Origin: Podarcis filfolensis
Taxonomy: Eukaryota
Reading direction: 5' to 3' (one strand)
DNA: 64,000 bases
NCBI GenBank assembly: GCA_964270895.1
Contig: OZ185439.1
Part shown: piece after piece, positions 50,701-57,919 of the stretch
Layout: every line of letters starts with the position of its first letter
Position numbering within the stretch: the stretch's first letter is position 1
Notes under the pieces: model-generated
Database searches by the model: none
The model's input: the letters and a program-made list of their open reading frames with translations, nothing else
What the model was told of the DNA's origin: nothing
Program-made: the position numbers and the translations under genes

Positions 50701-53700
50701 CGCAAGAGACAGGCCCATTCGGCGGCAGCTGGGGGCTCCGTGGACGAAAGGTACATAGAGTTCACATCACTGTGAAATTTGACAAGATAGAGGTTAGGAG
50801 GAAAAGTCAAGGTAACAAACAGAAGCAGAATAGCTGTTGCTGTAACTCTAAAGGTGGAAAAGTTATTTTATAGCCTTCATCATCTCCAGCCTTCAGCCCA
50901 ATAATGAGAGACCTAGCACTATTACTCCCATTTCTTCAAATGAACGACAGAGATGTACACTAGAGGCCGGTCATCACATCTACAGCTTATACAAGAACTC
51001 GTATCTACCAGGTCCAACACTCTGAATTTTGCAGCACCCTTATTACAAGTTGCATCATTTCACAGTAAAAAAATTCCAACTAAAAATAAAATATTGTTTG
51101 ACACAGCTGTGTTGATGCTGATGAGTAAAAGGCAAACCTGAACAAGCTGGATAAGGTTGTGCATTAGGCCCAGTTACTTGGGCTATGGCTGTAAATGGCT
51201 TTCTTGGGTGAAAAATTTGCCTACGTTACACAAAGAATCTTATCCATCAAAGATAACTGAAACATATTAATCTGTCAATCCTGCGCTTTAGTCATCTGAC
51301 CACAAATGCTATTAGGTCTCATATGTTTCCAGTAAATCCATCAGTATGTCCTAGAACAACAAAATACTCCAACATGGCTACACACTTCTGGAAAGGATCG
51401 TTAAGAGATGGGTAAGCTGCAGTGCTGGTAAGACACTATATATATAATTATCTCTTCATTTAAGGACTCCTGATACATTTCCAGAGAGTTTGCTAGAACT
51501 CCTTTTGGAAACCATTGGAGTAAACTGAGTCCAATCTTCTATTTGTCAAAAGATTGTGGTTTCGGTCCGCTGCATCAAAACACTGGATCACTATGGTGAG
51601 CACACAGAAGAGGAATTCACAGGTAAGCAAATTCTCAGTTCTTCCTACTATACTTGTCACCATTCAGCAGTCCAGATTCGAGGGCTTAATAGAACTGAGC
51701 CCCAATTGCACAAGGGAGGGATATTTGCTGTTTGAACACAAGGTTGGTGAAAGCACGGAAGCAGCCTTCAATCAATGGTGGCCACTGCAGATGCAAAAAC
51801 ACTGCTGTCAGAGTGTCTAGAGTCAATGTGTGAAACAGAACCGTATACCTTCTTCCTGTATGAAAGTCAAGGAAGTAACGGTTCCTCTAAGCAAGTGTGC
51901 TACAATTCCAACAGGTGGTGATTCATCCAAGGCCTTTAGAAGTTGGCTTTGTTCTTTGGGGGTCACTCCATCTCTCCCCTAAACCCAGTAATTGACAAAG
52001 GAGGTACACCATTTCTTGAAGGCTCAACTTCCCCGTATGTACCCACTTGAGTGCCTTGAGCTGTGAAACTGGCACGTTTACAACTAGCACATAATGTTTG
52101 TTCTGCTCATGAATTGATCCTTCTGTGTCACAGCACCAACCCTCTGGAACTCCCAGCATATTAGTATTAGGCAGGCACCTTCGCTATATTGTTTTTGATG
52201 CCTGCTAAAATCTTCTAGGTTTAGGCAAGCCCACCCCGACATTGAATTTTATTCTGTATTATTAAATGGTTGATCAAAGCTACATTTTCATTAAAAAAAT
52301 ATGTCTACTTGTTTTTAAAGTTTGATTTTATCACTTTTTTATTATGTATATTTTACATTGTTTCATGTAAGCCATTTAGATATTTTCATTACTTAAGCCA
52401 TATATACATATTATTAAACAAAAACAAGTAATTCTGTGCCAAAAGATTAAGGGCTTGTCCAACGTTTGGGCAACACCCCTTTTTCTTTCAAGATGTTTAA
52501 GGCGAAAGAGGTTTTTGCTCACAGTGGGAACTACAAGTGACTTTAAGGACACAGGAAGGGTGAAGCTACATTCATGTAAAATGCAGAATCCCAAGTTACA
52601 GTGGTGCCCCGCAAGACGAATGCCTCGCAAGACGGAAAACTCGCTAGACGAAAGGGTTTTCCGTTTTTTGAGCTGCTTCGCAAGACGAATTTCCCTATGG
52701 GCTTGCCTCGCAAGACGAAAACGTCTTGCAAGTTTGTTTCCTTTTTCTTAACACCGTTAATACAGTTGCGACTTGACTTCGAGGAGCAACTCATAGAACG
52801 CAGTGTACATAGTAGCCTTTTTTGAGGTTTTTAAAGACTTTGGTGATTTTTGAAGCTTTTCCAAAACTTCTTTTGCAGCCATTTGGTAAGTTAAGCTTTT
52901 AAAACTTTTTTTAGGGGGGGTTGGATTTTGGGTTGGGGGGTTTGGAATTCAAGGACTTGGTGTTGGGGAGGGGTTTGCAAGAATCTGGAAGCTTGTGTTT
53001 TTTTTCTGCATTTTTATGATTTTCTGTGACCACTGGGCCACTCTGCTGTTTTTTAAAAAAATTTCTGGGTTTGAATTTTGAAATGCTCTTTACAGAATGT
53101 GTGACTTTAAAGAGCACTTAATAAACTCTTGTTGTACCAAATTTGGCTTTGTTTGGACTTTTTTTGACCATAGGAATGCATTAATTGATTTTCAATGCAT
53201 TCCTATGGGATTTTGTGCTTCGCAAGACGAAAAATTCGCTAGACAAAAAAATTCGTGGAACGAATTAATTTCGTCTTGCGAGGCACCACTGTATCTGTGA
53301 ACATAAGGGAACATGAATAGTGAAGTCCTGTAATGGCAATAAGGAATATAATATTGAGAAATGAAGAAGGGGGAATGACTCTCAAGGGTTCAGAAATTTG
53401 CTTGATGAACCACTGGACGGCAGGATGCAAGGCCACTCTAAGAAAATGCTTTACATGTGGAATGGGAGACACCTGTTCACTAAAGATATGAGGGAGCTTA
53501 AAGCAGCCATCCAAGTACACAAAGGATGTTAGATTTAACCCCTAAATTAAGCCAACCTTGGAGAAAAACTAGAACAGCAGGGAATGGAGCTGCCAAGAGA
53601 CCAAGTCCCTTGTCCTGGCAAAATAATGTCCAAGTACCCAAAGAGTGAAATCCCTCCTCACTGTAAGTAGGGTGTCCAACTCTATATAGCTGAGTAATCC

Positions 53701-56700
53701 AAGTCTACTTAACCTTTCTCTCTGCCTAGAAATGAAGAGGAGTGGTTTTGAATAACAAAGGCCACCACTGACTGAGCAGGACACACAGGCTACTAGCCTG
53801 ATAGGAGAGGACATCTCAGTCACGGGGGGGGGGGGGGGAGCGAAGAGATCTCAGCCCATTCCATCCAGATACTGGCAAGAACTCTCACAAGTAGGGGAAA
53901 GACAAAAACCCATCAAGAATCTTTGCTTCATGAAAAGAAGTTTGATTTCTGCGTTGTGATGGGAATGCAAGAAGATCCCATAGGAGGGCCGTAAAATGTG
54001 AGGTCAAAGACATGAGCATGAAGGCTCTATTCCTCGGGATCCAAGTTCTGCCTGCATATTATCCTTTCCTTTGAGGTGAAGGGCCCAGAATGAGACACAG
54101 TCCTCGGCACAAGACAGGAGATGTGATTCACTTCTGTTTGTTCAGGTACAACACAGTTGGCATGTTGTGTCTGTATGATGACATGGGCCCCTTGATGCTT
54201 GCGCTGAAAGTGGAGACAAGCCAGGAAGATTGCCGTTTGCTCATTAATGATGAAGCTGGCTTTATGAGCTACATCATTATCACAACATGTGCCCAGACCA
54301 TCAAGCTGGCATTAGCATCACTTTTCTAGATGTGGATCTGACAGCAAAAGGAGTAGTAGTTCTGTAGCAACCAGGGATGGCTTAAAGACTGGAGACACTG
54401 GAATTGTATAACCACCTACAGTCATAACGAATCCTTGATGTGACTGCATGATAAAGCTGCAGTGGTCAAAAACGGGCCAACCTCAAGACACCAGATCCAT
54501 TCAAGCTACTAGTGTAGCTTGAAAGATGAGCCAGAATGCCCATCACTTGAAGGGCTAGCAAATGTTCTGGAAAACTGTAGCTTGCAGTCTCTATAATTAC
54601 ACCCAGGTTCTCCATCATGAAAGAAAGGAAGAGATAACTCAGTAGGGAGGCTATTACTAATGCCAGGTACCTCTGGTTCTTTCTACATCCAGATACTGAT
54701 AAGAATGTTGCTAAGATAAGGATGAGCTTCAGCGCCCCAAAGTCCAAGGTCTGCAGTGCTTTCCACTAGTAACTTGGTGAAGGTTCTTGTACAGAAAGCT
54801 ATAGCAAGGTCAGTGTAAAGTACTGAAAATGAGGTTTCCTATGAAGCAAAGCAAATAATCTGCTATGCAAAATTCACTGGGATGCGATCTTTTGAGGTTT
54901 ATGCATGTCAGGAACTCACCTGGGGCCACTGTCATTAAAATGGAGGCCCGAGTATCCAGCGAAACCTGACTTTTCGGTTTCAGGGTGGCCTTTCCCTCTC
55001 CCATTTTTTCTTGAGCACATGAACAAGGAGAGAGCAGACACTTTTGACTCTTTGTAGGTAGGGCACAAGTTCAATAAACCAAGCCTTCAGCAGCTTCTGG
55101 GTGATCTCTCACACAAACTTTCACTTTGCCAAGGCTATGGCACAGGAAAGACAAAAAAGATAGCTGTGATATCCCTGCCAGCACCAGCCAGGACTCGAGG
55201 TGAACCATCGCCTATACCCAACTGTCTGATGTAGCCAGATCCTACATGGGAACAAAATTTTGCACACAGCCCACTACCTGGGTGTGGAAGGCCATCTGGA
55301 CACTGAACCCATTGGAAATTTTAGTGTGTGTTGCAGGAGCATTTTCTGGATCCTTTTCCATTTATCACTTGTCCCCTCTGCTCAGTCACCTTCAAACTTA
55401 CGTAAAGACAGACTTGGTAGTCAGCTATTCTCCCCACAGTTAGAACCAGAGCCACTGGTTGAAACTGTGGATGCTGTGATCCTAGCTGCATATTGCAGCA
55501 CATGAACAATGCCATCAAGCAGGGTAGGAGGTGCTGCTGTACAATTAACTACAAATTTGAGCTGCTCTTGGGTTTTTGTTTCCAGTGCTGCCATTTCAGC
55601 CATGTGAGGGCCATCCTGGAGCATAGAAACACAGCAGCAGCCATTAAAGATCTCCTAAACACAACCTCAGTCCTTCTAGCTGTCTAGTCTCAAGGCATCT
55701 CCCTCTGGAATCAGACAGGAGTCGCTGGTTACAGATGCTGTTGCCTCAAAATTAGGAAACATCTACTCCTTGGAATCAAATGAGAAAGGATGAATATATT
55801 GCAGTGCTTTGGTTGTGAGTGGTACCTTTTCAGTCCATGACCAATGTGTTGACTGAACATCTCCAAAATAAAGGACCAAGAGCATTGTCTTCTGGGTCTT
55901 AGGAGCCATGCCATGAACTTGAATTCTATCAGGGATCTATCATAGGAATCTGCAGCTGGAGCATTTCCAGGACCTTAGTCTAGATCATCAGGAATGCAGA
56001 AGCAGAACACAGACACCAAGGTGTTCCCTTTCCATCTCCAAAAGATTCAGAGAGCAAACTTGACTCAATATATTGGTGATCAGCATTCAAACCAACCAAT
56101 TGGTGCCTCCTGCATTAAACTCTTCAGTAGGTCTCAGCCATGTCTATTCCTATGTTCTTTTTGATGACTCAAGACAAAAAGAGAGAAATCATGAATGCCC
56201 TGAACTACTCACTGGAGCTGGAAATAAGATTCTCTACCATCCCTCTGTTAAATCGATGTGAAAGCAGTTATTTCTAAAAGGCAAAGGCAAGCATCCATCT
56301 TGTGAAGCCTTGTATTACCCATAGGCTCCCTATGGTAAGATGAAGATGGGCAGATGAACTGCAGTCCTTGGTATCCCAGAGGCAGTTACATTAATGCCTA
56401 GAGAAATGAAGAGAATTCCCCAAACATTTGAAGCCATTTGCGGAGCAGCAGTACACATCTGGACTGATGAACTGTCTCAGCTGGAGTTCTGTTTTCCTGA
56501 CTCACTGGGGAGTGCCACGAGCTGATCTCCATCTTCAACCAGGACCTGTGCTGGAGTTGGGAGCTTCAACAAGGGCTCAAGGCTTTCTCTTGATTTTGTC
56601 CAAGAGTACTCAGAGGATACCCTCTCCATTGTAACAGTATGTAGGAGGAGGAAAGTAAACTGGAGATCAAATTGCAAGCCCCCTGAGGGTTCTCTTCTAC

Positions 56701-57864
56701 AGTGTAATGCTGGGGCGGAATAAAAGGCAAGCAAAGCACTGATTGATCACTTAGGAGCAAAGTCGCAGATAAGCCAGCTTCTTGACCACCACCACCCCCC
56801 AAGAAAGATGGAGCCCTAGTGCAATGCAGAAGGAGCCACCAAACCAGTTTTAAGTAGAAACTTGAATGGCATGATACAAACTATTATTATTTATTAAATT
56901 TATATGCTCCATAGATCTCAGGACAGTTCACAACATAAAAATACTAGATAAAAAACACAAAATACATGAGAACAAGAACAAATCAATATCCCCACCCCCC
57001 ACCCCAAACACATTTAAAAGGGTTTGGATGTTAATCAGCCCAAGGCCTGATTGAAGCGGAACTTTTTTGCCTGGCACCAAAGGAAGTATAGGGCAATCTA
57101 GCCATCCATTTAGCAGAAGACATGTACAGAATGCAATGGCCAGGGTACTGATGAGAACTACTAAACTACTATCCAGGCAAATATTATGGTTTCACTGGTT
57201 GCGTGTGTTCCGTGCAGATGACCACTGCACCTGAAGACCATCAGTCAGGTCGTGCATCTGCAGCAGTGACCAGAGGAGGAGTGCAGAAAGAAGAAACGCC
57301 ATGGTACACTTGCATCAGCACAACTGGACACTTTCATCTGCCCCAGCTGCAACAAAACTTGTCTCTCTTGTCTTGATCTCTAAAGCCACAGCAGGCACTG
57401 TAAATCTCCAACAGTTTGACTTCACCTCTGAAAGCAAATGCTTCCACTGTCTCCCAAGACAGATGCCAACAACACTGACATATGCCAACAACCCTAAGCA
57501 GCATGGGCCCAAATATCCAAAGGAGCACCTCCTCACATATAGACCTGCCCATATGTTAGGATCTGGTGGCAATTCTGCAGCACTGTGAAGTTCAAGGGTA
57601 AGAGGTTCATGAGAAGACCTTCTCTGTGGTGGTCCACAGGTTGTGCCCCTTCTTATGAGGTGTGCCTGCCCCACAGGCTTTGGTGGCGGAGGATGAGTTC
57701 AGAGTATCACTTGTTCCACAGTGTTGCTGCTGGTTTTGCTTGCCAATATTGTCTATTTGATGGCTTTGTGTTGTTATACAATATGTGGCCTGTTTGGTTT
57801 TTTTAAGCTGCACATAAATCTCCCTTGAAACTGCATTGTGAAGACTGGGCTGTACATGTGTGTA

Positions 57865-57919
<55 letters not shown>

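Larger units (their letters stand above)
51560..57760 (-). mobile_element. Degenerate DIRS1-type tyrosine-recombinase retrotransposon (gag, RT, RNase H, MTase-like, YR remnants)
   Basis: Manual - strand translation gives remnants in DIRS order. gag-like LDGIVHVLQYAARITASTV (~55500). RT start VVGCVQNFVPM*DLATSDSWV (~55270), ASILMTVAPGEFLTCINLK (~54930), RTFTKLLV..HPYL (~54760). RNase H AIFLACLHFQ..QGAHVIIQ..MPTVLYLNKQ and HLKGKDNMQAE (54230-54040). YR HVKHFLR..SEPLR..IIFLIAIT (53460-53330) and PPVGIVAHLLRGTVTSLTF (51918-51862). Many stops and frameshifts; ends approximate. Confidence 0.8.

Noticed and set aside
51554-51820. + strand 88 aa ORF as a nested gene or pseudogene
   Set aside because: It is antisense to the DIRS YR C-terminus and terminal region, and the apparent donor acaggtaagc belongs to the DIRS-like terminal sequence
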